Virus record (IMG/VR): IMGVR_UViG_3300046740_000431
Coordinates: 28,027 to 92,026 of that record
DNA length: 64,000 nucleotides
Reading direction: 5' to 3' (one strand)
Origin: a virus
Of the stretch, positions 43,401-53,690 are shown piece by piece. Position numbers and translations under genes: made by a program. The notes under the pieces are model-generated. The model ran no database searches and was not told the origin of the DNA. It saw nothing but the letters and a program-made list of their open reading frames with translations. Numbering within the stretch: the first letter of the stretch is position 1; each line of letters opens with the position of its first letter.

Positions 43401-43829
43401 ATGAAGCGCGGCGGTCCCATCAAGCGGAGCCCGATGCGTCGTCGGCGCGGCTCGACAAAGTACAGCCGGCGCGAGCGCGACCTCGAGCGGATGGCTTGGA
43501 TCAAGACGCTGCCGTGCGCGATCGGCGGCAACAGAACCAACCAATCAGCGGTGGCCGCTGAGCTGTGGCTTGGGCCACCACCTGACCGCTGCAGGCGGGC
43601 GGTCGAGGCTCACCACGCCGGAGAGCACGGGCTCGGCGCGAAGCCTGACGACGACACCTGCATCCCGCTCTGCGACCACCACCACGACGCGCTGACCGAC
43701 CGCCGCGGCGTGTTCTCCGGGTGGCAGAAGTACGGCCTGAAGATCTGGGAGCTCGCGGTTGTCGCCCACTACCAGGCCATGTACGCGGCGCGGTCAAGCT
43801 CCGGTGACGTCGGAGATCCGACATGGTAG
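43401..43829 (+). CDS. DUF968/HNH-like nuclease
   Basis: WIKTLPC, EAHH, G.G.KPDD...IPLC..HH. Confidence 0.7.
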   Translation: MKRGGPIKRSPMRRRRGSTKYSRRERDLERMAWIKTLPCAIGGNRTNQSAVAAELWLGPPPDRCRRAVEAHHAGEHGLGAKPDDDTCIPLCDHHHDALTDRRGVFSGWQKYGLKIWELAVVAHYQAMYAARSSSGDVGDPTW

Positions 43830-44770
43830 GCGTCCCGTGGATCGGCCTGTCTTCGATCGTCGCGCCGATGCGCAGGCTCGTGGCTGCCGCGCCCGCCGCG
43901 CTTCCTCTCCGCGAGCGCGCGGCATGGGTTGCCGGCGAGCACTTCGGGTATGACGTTCTCGCGTCAGATCCGTCGGCGATCAACATCGGCGCCCTGGCCG
44001 TCGTGTCGAACGCGGCGCCGCCGCTGTACCAGTGCAGGCCGTCGGCATCCCGCGTCGTGCACGACACGGATCTCCATTCGATCCCAGGCGAGGCTCCGCC
44101 GCTCCTGCGTTCCGCCGGCATCATCGAGGCGCGCCGGCCGGAGACCGGGGAGCGGCTATGGGGCGACGTCGCATCGCTCGGCTGGTACCCGATCGCGGCC
44201 GCGGACCGCGGCGCGGGCGCCCTGCTCGACGCCATCATGCTGGTCGGCCTGAGCTACCCAGACGGCGCGATCGTGGCGAGCTGGATGCCGGCGTGGACCG
44301 GTGAGGATCTCGCCGAGCAGCTGCCGTACCCGGACGTGCAGAGCTCGCTGATCGACGCCCTCGACCTCGCCGCGCACACCGAGTTCGCTCGGCAGGCTGC
44401 GCGCTACCTGATCGTGTTCGGCCTGCTCGAGAAGATCGAGGACGGGCCGCTCCGCTTCGAGATCGACAAGCGCACCAGGGTCAGGGCAGTGCGCACGCGC
44501 GACCTCTCAGCCAAGGGCCACGTCGCCGGTCCTGTGATGCCACGCCAGGACCCGGTCACAGCGCTCGACCCGCGCGCTCGAGCGCTGGCCGACACGATGG
44601 TGCGCGGCCACCTCAAGCGGGTGCGCGTCGGCGCCGGGCGCGAGCGCATCCGATGGGTCTACGTCGAGGCGTATGGGTCGCGCCGGTGGATGGCTCCGCG
44701 CTGGACCGTGGAGCGCGACCACTCGGCAGGCGGGCTCGCCAACAGCTCGCTGATCTACCGGCCTACCTGA
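43823..44770 (+). CDS. hypothetical phage protein
   Basis: 315 aa; C-terminal VRGH.KR..VG.GR......YV..Y motif. Confidence 0.65.
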   Translation: MVGVPWIGLSSIVAPMRRLVAAAPAALPLRERAAWVAGEHFGYDVLASDPSAINIGALAVVSNAAPPLYQCRPSASRVVHDTDLHSIPGEAPPLLRSAGIIEARRPETGERLWGDVASLGWYPIAAADRGAGALLDAIMLVGLSYPDGAIVASWMPAWTGEDLAEQLPYPDVQSSLIDALDLAAHTEFARQAARYLIVFGLLEKIEDGPLRFEIDKRTRVRAVRTRDLSAKGHVAGPVMPRQDPVTALDPRARALADTMVRGHLKRVRVGAGRERIRWVYVEAYGSRRWMAPRWTVERDHSAGGLANSSLIYRPT

Positions 44771-45416
44771 TCAGGTACAGCTCGGGGTCCATCGGCGAGT
44801 ACGAATCGGTCGGCGACACCTCGAAGTGGCAGTGAGAACCGTCGGAGTCGAGCGGGTTGTCTCCGACGATGCCGAGCGGCTGCCCGACCTCGACGACCTG
44901 CCCGACGGTCACGACCAGCGAGGAGAGGTGAAAGCACCCTGATCGTATGCCGTTGCCGTGGTCGATCCAGACCGCTCCGCCAGTCGGGGTCATCGCCGCG
45001 AACGTGACGCGACCGCGGGCCGCCGATTGCGCGTACGTCCCCGTTGGCACGACCCATCGCGGGGTTCCGTCAGCGTTGCGCCCTTCGGCCCCGTGGTCGC
45101 CAGCGGCTGCCGGAAGGTCGCCGGTCTTCCATGGGTAGAAGAAGTCACACCCGTAGTGTCCCGGGCGATCGGGCGGACGGAACCCGCTGGTGATCACCGC
45201 GCGGCGCCCGTCCGCCAGCGCAGGAAGCGGGCAGTGCAGGAACGCGGCCGGGCGGAACGTGGCCGTGATGCTCGCGATCGTAGCCGGACCAGCCATGCCG
45301 TCGACCTCGAGCGGAGGATGGGCAGCCTGCCAAGCGCGCACGAGCTCCGTTACGTGCTCTGGAGTCAGGTGTCCGGCATGCAGCTGGTCAACGTTGTAGT
45401 CGCGGGCGGAGGTCAC
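44763..45416 (-). CDS. endolysin: PG-binding segment plus M23 peptidase
   Basis: WQ....LEVDG.AGPAT; ITSGF, HYGCD (HxxxD), HL, HCHFEV (HxH). Confidence 0.88.
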   Translation of the reverse strand: MTSARDYNVDQLHAGHLTPEHVTELVRAWQAAHPPLEVDGMAGPATIASITATFRPAAFLHCPLPALADGRRAVITSGFRPPDRPGHYGCDFFYPWKTGDLPAAAGDHGAEGRNADGTPRWVVPTGTYAQSAARGRVTFAAMTPTGGAVWIDHGNGIRSGCFHLSSLVVTVGQVVEVGQPLGIVGDNPLDSDGSHCHFEVSPTDSYSPMDPELYLIR

Positions 45417-46189
45417 CTTGCGACCGCCTCGTGCCACTCGACTCCGGGCCACTGCTGCCTGAGCTGCTCGAGCATGATCTCGCCCTGGTCGGCGACGGCC
45501 AGGGCGCCTTGGACTGCCGGCTGCTTCGCCTGCCACGCGCGGACGAACGCGAGCGCGGCGCAGTACCCGTCCTTCTTTCCGTGAGCCAGCGCGGTCGCCT
45601 CGAGCTCAGGCCAGGCAATGTGGCCGAGCTTGAGCACCGAGAGCAGCGCCTGCGCGCCGAGCTCGGCGACCACCGCGACCAGCGCCGGCGCGTCGGCCTT
45701 TCCGCACTCGATCACCGCCGTCTTGGCGGCCGCCGGGATCTTCGACACGGCAGCGCACGACATCTGCGAGATCCCCATCACGAGAACCGCCAGCATGGCG
45801 ATCTTGGACCCGGCGGTGATCCGGGCCTGCGGCAGCGCCGCCGGGGCGGTCGGCGGATCCTTGGGCAGTAACCCGCCGCGCGCCGCGGCGAGCAGCGCGA
45901 GCGCGGCGTCGTCCATCCTGGCCAGGGTGTCACGCGCGCGGTCGTCGAGCGTGTTCTTGGTTCGCGGCGCGATCACGCCGAGCACGATCCTGCCGCCGCG
46001 CAGCACGGACTCGAGGCCGCCGATCGCGGCGAGCACGATCACCAACCAGGGGACGTCGACGCCGGGCGGAGCCGCCTGGGCGCCGGTATCGGCGTGCGCG
46101 ATTGCCCTGAACAGGATCATGGTCAGCGCGATCACGCCGAAGAAGAGGGCAGCCATGGTGACGCGAGATGGGGAGCGGTCGGTGATCAT
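45413..46189 (-). CDS. multi-pass membrane protein, holin/spanin candidate
   Basis: Three hydrophobic segments and a TKNTLDD motif; immediately upstream of the endolysin. Confidence 0.55.
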   Translation of the reverse strand: MITDRSPSRVTMAALFFGVIALTMILFRAIAHADTGAQAAPPGVDVPWLVIVLAAIGGLESVLRGGRIVLGVIAPRTKNTLDDRARDTLARMDDAALALLAAARGGLLPKDPPTAPAALPQARITAGSKIAMLAVLVMGISQMSCAAVSKIPAAAKTAVIECGKADAPALVAVVAELGAQALLSVLKLGHIAWPELEATALAHGKKDGYCAALAFVRAWQAKQPAVQGALAVADQGEIMLEQLRQQWPGVEWHEAVAR

Positions 46190-46782
46190 TGAGATAGTCC
46201 TTTGTCGTCGAGGTGGAGGTACGAGGTGTCCAGCTGCAGGCGCCGCCCGAGCTGGATTCTGATTTCGTGGAGCTCGGAGTCGATGCGGTCAACGGCCTTC
46301 TCGAGGGCCTGGAGCCTGACGACGTCGCCGCCGTGGGACTCGGCCCGGTTGAGGATGCCGGACGCGATGGTGCCGACGCCGCCGGCCAGCGTGACCACGG
46401 CCGCGATCACCATCTTCTGGGCAGATCGCATCTTGGCCTCGGTGGCGTCGAGCCTGGCCTCGATCTTGTCGGCGATCTCCTTCGGGGACCTCAGCACCGC
46501 CTCGTAGTCGCGCCCCCGCTGCCGGTTCTCGCTGCGCTCCTTGCTGAGCGCGACGGCCAGCTTGGCGACGTCGAAGACGGTGGCGGGGTCGTTGCCGTTC
46601 CGGGTCGACTGCCTGACCACGGCGCGAGCGCGGTCGTCGGGGTCCCGATCGAAGAGGTCGAACGGAGAGGTGACCTCTTCGATCGCGTCCTGGACCCGGC
46701 TCGCCTCCGTGCGGCGGCGCCTGGATTCGGACTGGAGATCCCGGTCGATCCCGGTCTGGGTGCGCTTGGGTCGTTCTTCCAT
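46186..46782 (-). CDS. single-TM coiled-coil protein of the lysis region
   Basis: One hydrophobic helix flanked by coiled coils. Confidence 0.55.
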   Translation of the reverse strand: MEERPKRTQTGIDRDLQSESRRRRTEASRVQDAIEEVTSPFDLFDRDPDDRARAVVRQSTRNGNDPATVFDVAKLAVALSKERSENRQRGRDYEAVLRSPKEIADKIEARLDATEAKMRSAQKMVIAAVVTLAGGVGTIASGILNRAESHGGDVVRLQALEKAVDRIDSELHEIRIQLGRRLQLDTSYLHLDDKGLSQ

Positions 46783-46789
46783 GATGGCC

Positions 46790-47194
46790 TCACAGGTAGT
46801 TGTTGCCGAGCGCGCTGGGCGCGAGCTCGAGAGCGGACAGCGGGACCAGGCACGACCTGCCAGCTGCCCGGATCGCCCACAGGTCGAACGTCCCGCGCTG
46901 GGGGGCCAGCGCCTTCGTCATGCTCCCAGAGAACACGATCCTGTTGTCGCGCCCCGACGGGGTCGAGCGGACGGCGAACAGCTGGCGGATGGGCCGCGCC
47001 GCCGTGCGCCCGACGAGAACAAGGAATTCGCCGGACGTCAGCGTGATCTCGCCGCCGACAGGGTCGGTGATCGAGATCTGCAGGGTGGCGTCCTCGCTCA
47101 CGACGAGGTGGAGCGGGCGACGCTGGTCAGTCAGGATGCCAGGGCCGAATGGCCTGGTCCCGTCGTCGAGCACGACGCGCCAGTGGGTGAGCAC
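46790..47194 (-). CDS. putative virion adaptor protein
   Basis: Beta-rich C-terminal part of track ORF 46790..47437; TACGAT 6 nt before GTG. Confidence 0.5.
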   Translation of the reverse strand: MLTHWRVVLDDGTRPFGPGILTDQRRPLHLVVSEDATLQISITDPVGGEITLTSGEFLVLVGRTAARPIRQLFAVRSTPSGRDNRIVFSGSMTKALAPQRGTFDLWAIRAAGRSCLVPLSALELAPSALGNNYL

Positions 47195-47237
47195 GAATCC
47201 ATCGTATGTGCGTTGCTGGAACGTGCGCCAGGTAGGC

Positions 47238-48689
47238 TCAGGCGTACTCGTCGATGAACCCGAGACCGCCGCCGCCGCCGCCGCCGGCCACCGATGTCGC
47301 GGTGTTGCCGGACGCACCACCACCACCGCCGCCGCCGCCGATCGATCCGGCGTTGCCAGCGACGCTGGACGTGTTCTGCACGACCGCCGGAGCTGCTCCT
47401 CCGCCGAGCGGGGTTGACCCGCCGCCGCCGCCCACACCGGACACCGTTCCGGCCTGTCCAGTACCGCCTGGGCGATAGAACAGGATGTCGGTCGCCGTCG
47501 AGCCGGCCTGCGGAGCGAGGGGCCCTGACGGGATCGTCGTCGTGTTGTTGGCCGCCCGACCGCCGGTCCCGCCCTTGACGATGAAGGTCACGCCGTTGAT
47601 CACGAACGACGTGTCGCCGCCGGTGGCGCCCGGGTTGTTGCCGGCAGCTCCGCCAGCGCCGCCCGCTCCGATGATCACCGCCCCGCCTGTGATCCCGGCC
47701 GGGTTCACGACCCTGTGCTCGGCGTAGAACCCGGAGTTCCCGCCGGCGGCGCCGCCGTTGGTCAGCACGCCGCCGCCGCCGCCGCCGCCCGCCGCCATCC
47801 TGAGGATTACCTCCAGAGTGCCCGGCGTGGGCACGTACGTCGTGTTAGCCGCGAAACGCTGGCGGTTGAGACGCCGGCCAGGGACGTTGATCGTCAGCGC
47901 GTCCTGCCCGTCGATCCTCCACCTGTACGTTCCGCCAGACGCGGACAACACGACCCCGATCACGCGCGGCGTGGTGCCCGGGGTGAGCGACGGGGATCCG
48001 GTGTTGCCGAGGTATACGGGATCCCCGACCGCCGGAGACCCCGCGGGCGCCACGGGCGAGATCCCGAACATCCTCACGATCACGAGCTTGCCCGCGCCGA
48101 CGTCGCCAGGCGTCACGCCGTCGACCAGGAACCCGACCCGGCCGGACACCAGGACGGTTCCGAGCGCCTGCGTGATCGTCATCGCCTCGAACTGCGCCTG
48201 GGTGCCGACGTTGACCTGGGAGATCCCGGACAGCTTGACCATGGTGCCAGGCGAGATCCCGCCAGGCGTCATCGCGATCTGGAGGTTGCCGTCGACCGAC
48301 GCGTGCAGCGTGCGAGCGGAGATGCGGTTGAGTGCGAGCGCCCAACCCTTGACCGATCCCGTCTCGAGCGTCTCCCCGGCAGCCGGGATCCTCTCCTTCG
48401 TGCGGGTGTCGAGCACCGACACCGCGGCCGTCTGGATCGCCTCGGTGCCGGACAGCGCGTTGACCACGAGGCGGATCTGGTAGGTACCCTCCTTGGTCGG
48501 CGTGAAGCTCGGGTTCTCGATCGCCGCGTTGCTAAGGACATCGGCTGTCCCCTCTGGCTGATCGGTGATCGACCACGCGTAGGTCAGCTCGCCGCCCTCG
48601 TCGTCGTTCGAGAGCAGCACCGTGGACGAGATCGCGACGTTCGCCGCCGTCGCGTCAGCGCCGTTGATCTGGATCTTCGCGCGGGCCAT
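47238..48689 (-). CDS. tail fibre protein (PKD/Ig-like N-terminus, Gly-rich C-terminus)
   Basis: TYAWSI..QP.G...FTP..EGTY..RLVV; AGGGGGG tracts; last gene after the baseplate. Confidence 0.78.
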   Translation of the reverse strand: MARAKIQINGADATAANVAISSTVLLSNDDEGGELTYAWSITDQPEGTADVLSNAAIENPSFTPTKEGTYQIRLVVNALSGTEAIQTAAVSVLDTRTKERIPAAGETLETGSVKGWALALNRISARTLHASVDGNLQIAMTPGGISPGTMVKLSGISQVNVGTQAQFEAMTITQALGTVLVSGRVGFLVDGVTPGDVGAGKLVIVRMFGISPVAPAGSPAVGDPVYLGNTGSPSLTPGTTPRVIGVVLSASGGTYRWRIDGQDALTINVPGRRLNRQRFAANTTYVPTPGTLEVILRMAAGGGGGGGVLTNGGAAGGNSGFYAEHRVVNPAGITGGAVIIGAGGAGGAAGNNPGATGGDTSFVINGVTFIVKGGTGGRAANNTTTIPSGPLAPQAGSTATDILFYRPGGTGQAGTVSGVGGGGGSTPLGGGAAPAVVQNTSSVAGNAGSIGGGGGGGGASGNTATSVAGGGGGGGLGFIDEYA

Positions 48690-48695
48690 GGGACC

Positions 48696-49877
48696 TCAGT
48701 ACGAGAGCTGGACGGTTGCGTTGAACACGACGTTCTCCAGCTTCGCGTCCGTGGTGGAGGCGGCGCCCGCCGCGTTGCGGAGGGACAGCCGACCGTTCGC
48801 GTTGAAGACCTGCACGTAGCTCGTGCCGATGCCGCAGGAGATCCCGGCGGCGGCCATAGCGGTCTGCTGGCTCGAGTCGACGGCCTGGACGCCGGTGTCG
48901 ATCTGGTTCACGTATAGGGTCTCGCCGGACCCGAGCGAGGCACCGAGGTTGTCCTTCACGTTCACCGACAGCTGCTGCGTGACGCGCAGGATCTGTCCTC
49001 CGGTGATGAACAGGTTGAAGTCGCCGCGCTGGCCGCCGATGACCGGGGCGACCGCGACGTCGAAGCCTGGGGGGGATACGCAGTCGAGGATCGTGGCGGT
49101 CTGTGCGCCGGCGCCGCCATTCCACTGCACCCGGAACCGAACCGACACCGTGGTCATGCCGTTGGCCGAGAGCACGACCCGCCGATCCACGATGTTCAGT
49201 CCGGTGATCGAGGTCGTGCTGCTGCTGACGAGGATCTCGGCGAGCTTCACGTAGCCGGCCGTCGTGGCCGGGACGAGCCCGGGGTTGGCGGCGGTCCCGA
49301 CCTTGTAGCTGAGCCCAGCGGTCGATGCCGCCGGGCTGGCAACGATCCCGGTGTCGCCGTCCTGGCCGTAGCTCAGCGTCTTGAAGAACACGTGGTCGAG
49401 GAACGACACGGTGCCCGTGTCGAGCTGTCGCCGAGGGATGGCGTTGGTGAGCCGGCGGTCGGTGCGGACCTCGACGATGTCGATGCGCGAGTTGGGCCCG
49501 GCCGGCGCGGCCGGCACCGGGAAGGTCACCGGCGCGAGCAGCGAGAGCGGCTTGAACGGGGAGAGGTCGTTGACCTGCTCGAGGTCCGGGATGCCCAGGT
49601 TGCTGACGACGTCGACCGGGTCGTGGCGGAACCCGATCCCTGGCGTCACGACCACCGTCATCGCGGCCGGGCTGGATGGGAGCACGCGGAAGCCGTCGGC
49701 GATCATGCCAGACAGCGGGCCGATCGCCGAAGAGGTGTTCGAGGTCCGCGGGGACAGCAGCACGCGGGCGAGCTCGCGGATCGTGCGGAAGATCTGCGAC
49801 TGCACCTGGTTGAGGTCGCCGGAGGATGGGCGCTCACGGAGCCCGATGTTCGTCTGATCGAAAGGTGCGTCTGCCAT
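48696..49877 (-). CDS. baseplate or fibre attachment protein
   Basis: RIDIV.V, P....GYVKLAEI.V, I.DRR motifs typical of proximal fibre proteins. Confidence 0.7.
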   Translation of the reverse strand: MADAPFDQTNIGLRERPSSGDLNQVQSQIFRTIRELARVLLSPRTSNTSSAIGPLSGMIADGFRVLPSSPAAMTVVVTPGIGFRHDPVDVVSNLGIPDLEQVNDLSPFKPLSLLAPVTFPVPAAPAGPNSRIDIVEVRTDRRLTNAIPRRQLDTGTVSFLDHVFFKTLSYGQDGDTGIVASPAASTAGLSYKVGTAANPGLVPATTAGYVKLAEILVSSSTTSITGLNIVDRRVVLSANGMTTVSVRFRVQWNGGAGAQTATILDCVSPPGFDVAVAPVIGGQRGDFNLFITGGQILRVTQQLSVNVKDNLGASLGSGETLYVNQIDTGVQAVDSSQQTAMAAAGISCGIGTSYVQVFNANGRLSLRNAAGAASTTDAKLENVVFNATVQLSY

Positions 49878-49878
49878 G

Positions 49879-51018
49879 TCACAGCTCCTGGATGGTGATC
49901 ACGACGAAGACCCCGGCGGCCTTGATCGAATCGAGTAGCGCGTAGAGGCCGGCGAAGAACTCCTCGAGCCCGAAGTCGCGCCCGTCGTACGCCGGGGCCC
50001 GCGCCGGCGGGGCTAGCGTGTCGGGCACGTCGTACGCGGACAGCGCGCGGGTCGCCGCGGACGACGGGATCCCTACGTCATCCCCGTCCGGGTCGTCATA
50101 GGCGAACCCGTAGTCGGCAATGGCCGGCGGCATCGCGACCTCGACGATGAACGCGCCGAGGTAGTCGCTCTCGCCGAGGTACCGGTTGCGGATCGGAGAC
50201 GCCGGGCGCGGGTCGTCGTAGGCGAACAGCGTGGAGTCGAACGGCTCGCCGGGCAGCGGTCCTGCGTCGGGGGCGTCGTAGCACTCCTGGTACTCGTGCC
50301 TCCACGTCTCGATCCGGCGCCAGAACAGGCCGGGGAAGCGGCGGAAGTAGTTCGTGAGCTGCCGCATGATCGCAGCCGGCGAGACCGTGTCCGGGAGGGT
50401 CCTGATTCTGGTCTGGTAGCTCTGGTCACCTTCGCCGGGCTGCCTTGGGAGCTCGCGCTCTGAGCCCAGCACGTCGAGCGTGGCCGGTCGCCCGAGCCCA
50501 TCCGCGTCAGCGTCGTTCCTCACCCTGATCGACGGGTCCCAGAACACCGGGCTCTGCAGCGGAAGGTCGATGGTGTCGAGCTCGCCAGGCCAGGAGACGC
50601 CCTGTGGGTCGACGAACGGCCCCTTGATGTTCCACTCGTAGCCGTAGCCCAGCGCCTGAGCGGTCCCGGACGCCTGCAGCGCGCCGGCACTGAACGCCAC
50701 GTTCGAGAGCAACCGGAAGCCCTGCCCGCCGCGGCTGGCGCGCACGACCGTCCCGGCCAGCATGACGCCAGCTCCGGCGGCCGCGTTGCCGCGGTAGAAC
50801 GTCGCCGGCACGGTCGCCAGCACGCCGCCGCGCGCGGTCAGGATGTGGACGTCGCGGTCGAAGTTAACGACAGCCGACGAGCAGCGGGCCCCGACAGCGG
50901 CGGCCGCCTGGTACAGCTCGTAGCCAGGCCCGACGTCGCGCAGCGGCGCGAGATAGGAATCCGGGATCGCGCGGCCGATCGCGGCGAGCAGCTGGTCCTG
51001 TGTCAGCGGAACGAACAT
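49879..51018 (-). CDS. baseplate wedge protein (gpI-like position)
   Basis: LDVLG.ER.L.R..GE.D..Y..RI; C-terminal IKAAGV; follows baseplate J. Confidence 0.7.
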   Translation of the reverse strand: MFVPLTQDQLLAAIGRAIPDSYLAPLRDVGPGYELYQAAAAVGARCSSAVVNFDRDVHILTARGGVLATVPATFYRGNAAAGAGVMLAGTVVRASRGGQGFRLLSNVAFSAGALQASGTAQALGYGYEWNIKGPFVDPQGVSWPGELDTIDLPLQSPVFWDPSIRVRNDADADGLGRPATLDVLGSERELPRQPGEGDQSYQTRIRTLPDTVSPAAIMRQLTNYFRRFPGLFWRRIETWRHEYQECYDAPDAGPLPGEPFDSTLFAYDDPRPASPIRNRYLGESDYLGAFIVEVAMPPAIADYGFAYDDPDGDDVGIPSSAATRALSAYDVPDTLAPPARAPAYDGRDFGLEEFFAGLYALLDSIKAAGVFVVITIQEL

Positions 51019-52208
51019 CAGACGTTCGTCGCCTGGCTCTGGAGGGTCGCCTGGCTGTCGGTGGTGACCAGCGCGAGCGACGTCGCCAGCTTCTGGTACG
51101 GGCTCGTCGGGATCAGCGGGCCAACCGGGGAGGCCACCTCGTCGCCGAAGACGTCGATCCCGCTCACGCTGCGCAGGAGCGTGGGGACGACCGCCGGATC
51201 GAACGTCGTGCCCGGCTTGCTGCCGTTGATCAGCTGGACGACCAGCGTCCGCGCGAACAGCGCCACGGCGTCCGGGTTGGTCACGGTGGCCTGGAAGCGG
51301 AGGCGCAACACGACCGAGATCAGGCGAACCTGCGCGACCACGACGCGGACCGGAATCCCGTCAGCGCGGAACTCGTCGAGCGCGGCCGACACGACCTGGG
51401 CGAACGCCTGGCTCTTGACCTCGTAGGTCGGGACCGCTACCCCCTGCTTCACCAGCGCGTCGGTGAACCCGTCGGAGATCACCAGCGTTACCGATCGCGT
51501 GGGGAACCCGAACGACTGCAGCGACTCGATCGCCACGGCACGCACCACGCCGGGCACCGCGAGCGCGCCGGTCTCGATCGCCCCCTTGGTGCCGCGGCGC
51601 GCGGCGACGAAGAACAGCCTGATGCGCGTCTTGAAGTCGTCGTCGCTCTCGACGGTCGCCCCGCCGGCTGCGGCCTCCGGGTTGGTGACGGCGAGCCCGG
51701 CCGGCGCGCCGGGCACCGAGGAAGTCAAGTTGATGATCTTGCCGCTGGCCACGTTCTGGTCGAGCCCGGCGAGCGTGGACCTCGCGAGCACCTGGATCGG
51801 CCCGATTCCGCCGAGCGGGAACGGCGTGGCGACGACGGTGCGGAACTCCTGGCCCGTACCGGTCGCGCCGCGCGTCCCGGCGGGAATCGTGAACGCAACC
51901 GGAGATGCCGTCGGGAACGAGAACGCCAGGTAGACGAACGACGGCGCCGCCGGCTTCTTCTGGAGCGTGTATCGGTCCCACGCCCAGCGCTCGAGCTTCG
52001 CTCCGAACGCCGAGTCGAGCCACACACCCTCCTCCACCGCGGCGAGCTGGCCGATGACCTCCTCGCCGACGACCGCCGTCGCGTAGCCGTGGATGTTCGA
52101 GTCGGAGCCGTCGCGGTCGACCGCGTTGACCGTGAGCCGCTGGCTCCGCGACACCGCCTCGTCGCGGAACACGCGGAACAGATCTCCGGCCTTCGGGAAG
52201 TCGGGCAT
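51018..52208 (-). CDS. baseplate J-like protein
   Basis: A.G..L...A, IPAGT, GG...ESDDDF..RI, GT..AI...AL.VPGV. Confidence 0.9.
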   Translation of the reverse strand: MPDFPKAGDLFRVFRDEAVSRSQRLTVNAVDRDGSDSNIHGYATAVVGEEVIGQLAAVEEGVWLDSAFGAKLERWAWDRYTLQKKPAAPSFVYLAFSFPTASPVAFTIPAGTRGATGTGQEFRTVVATPFPLGGIGPIQVLARSTLAGLDQNVASGKIINLTSSVPGAPAGLAVTNPEAAAGGATVESDDDFKTRIRLFFVAARRGTKGAIETGALAVPGVVRAVAIESLQSFGFPTRSVTLVISDGFTDALVKQGVAVPTYEVKSQAFAQVVSAALDEFRADGIPVRVVVAQVRLISVVLRLRFQATVTNPDAVALFARTLVVQLINGSKPGTTFDPAVVPTLLRSVSGIDVFGDEVASPVGPLIPTSPYQKLATSLALVTTDSQATLQSQATNV

Positions 52209-53069
52209 TCACATCTCCACGATCCGGCCGGCGACGGCCCCCATGCGCATGTTGATCGTCGTGCCGCCCGAGGCCTGGATCGCCAGCTGGATCACGGCCA
52301 CGCCGCTGCGGTCGAGCATCCCGTGCGCGACCGCGCGGGCGACGTCGGGCTCCTGTTCTGCCTGCTGCTCGATGTCGCGCAGGATCGTCTGCAGGTCCCC
52401 GCCGCTCGAGATCGGCTCCTTCTCGGCGATGAGCACCCCGTACTCGGGGAGATGACGGAACGAGCCGCGCCTGGTGTTCATGCGGCGCAGCACGAGCTTC
52501 CTGGTGAGCGGGACGCCGGCCTCGGTCGTGAAGTCGCCATCGTCGGAGATCTGCAGCGTCCCGGCGGCGCCGAGCCCGCGGTCGAGCTGGAACGGCGGGT
52601 TCGCGAGATCGCGGTCTCGGAAGTCCTCGGCCCGCGCTCGCTCAACGGGATCCATCGTCTGGACGACGCCGTCGAAGTCCGCGCTATTGGGCAGCGTCAC
52701 TGCGAAGCCGTCGACCGACAGCAGACCGACGGCGGTCACCGTGTGGCGATCGAGGTGGTCGCCGAGCGCGTCGAGCGTCACCAGGTCGACGGAGGTCGCG
52801 TCGTGCATCGAGGCCGCGATCACCACGATCGCCTGGCCCATGGTGTCGTTCTGCACCGTCCAGGTCAGCGGGTTGAGCGCGTCACCGGTCGAGAACTCAT
52901 CGCTGTGCAGCGGCTCTGCACTGAGCAGGACGCGAACGCCGTGCGTGGAGATCGCGAATGCGCCGGCCACCGTGATGGTGGTCGGGCTGCTGCCGTACGC
53001 CCCGAGCCCATACGGGCTGCTACCGAATCCCACGACTGCGATGATCCCGGCGAGATCACCGACGGGCAA
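52209..53069 (-). CDS. baseplate wedge subunit (gpW/gp25-like C-terminus, Ig-like N-terminus)
   Basis: LRR..T..GSF.HLPEYG...I..Q...EPDV; position between spike and J. Confidence 0.7.
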   Translation of the reverse strand: MPVGDLAGIIAVVGFGSSPYGLGAYGSSPTTITVAGAFAISTHGVRVLLSAEPLHSDEFSTGDALNPLTWTVQNDTMGQAIVVIAASMHDATSVDLVTLDALGDHLDRHTVTAVGLLSVDGFAVTLPNSADFDGVVQTMDPVERARAEDFRDRDLANPPFQLDRGLGAAGTLQISDDGDFTTEAGVPLTRKLVLRRMNTRRGSFRHLPEYGVLIAEKEPISSGGDLQTILRDIEQQAEQEPDVARAVAHGMLDRSGVAVIQLAIQASGGTTINMRMGAVAGRIVEM

Positions 53070-53075
53070 GGCCGG

Positions 53076-53690
53076 TCACTTCGTGGTCGACAGCTGCGAG
53101 CAACCGGGCGTCACCGCGGGCGTCGTGGCGACCAGCGACGTCGCGGCAGACGGGCCAGCGGTGACGCCTGGGACCTGGTGGATGTGAGTGTTGTAGTCGC
53201 CCGTGATGAAGGCGTCGAGATCGCTTCGCCTGACGATCGGATCATCCGCGTCGTCTCCGCCGTGCCGGATCTTCCCGCCGCCGCGCGCCTCGAGGACGAT
53301 GTCGCCGCCGCCCTGGACGATGATCCGCACGTTCTGTCCTGGCTTGACCACGAGCACCACGTCGTCGGGGTTGTCGATCACGTCGTCCGGCGGCGGGTCG
53401 CCCTCGTCCCACACGGCCCCGACCACACGAGCTCCGGCGTTGAAGACGCCGTCGGGGACCGCGAGCAGCACGGTCTGATCGAGGTCGACGGGGAGATGCA
53501 GGCCGTAGCCTGGGCCTCCGTACGGCGGTGACACCGCGGCTGTTTCCGGGACCCCGTCAACCGTGATGACGTCGACGTGGATGCCTTTCTCGGTCACGTC
53601 TACCGCCGTGACGATCCCGAGGTCGACGAACTTCCGCGGGTCGATCCGCGGCCGCGAAATTGCGTTGGCGAGCTTGGCTACGTCGGTCAT
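53076..53690 (-). CDS. baseplate central spike (gpV-like)
   Basis: OB-fold N-terminus (G.G...P....V) and C-terminal YNTHIH metal-binding tip. Confidence 0.82.
   Translation of the reverse strand: MTDVAKLANAISRPRIDPRKFVDLGIVTAVDVTEKGIHVDVITVDGVPETAAVSPPYGGPGYGLHLPVDLDQTVLLAVPDGVFNAGARVVGAVWDEGDPPPDDVIDNPDDVVLVVKPGQNVRIIVQGGGDIVLEARGGGKIRHGGDDADDPIVRRSDLDAFITGDYNTHIHQVPGVTAGPSAATSLVATTPAVTPGCSQLSTTK

Noticed and set aside
47266-47796. CCG/GCC trinucleotide runs as contingency repeats
   Set aside because: They encode in-frame poly-Gly tracts typical of Gly-rich fibre domains
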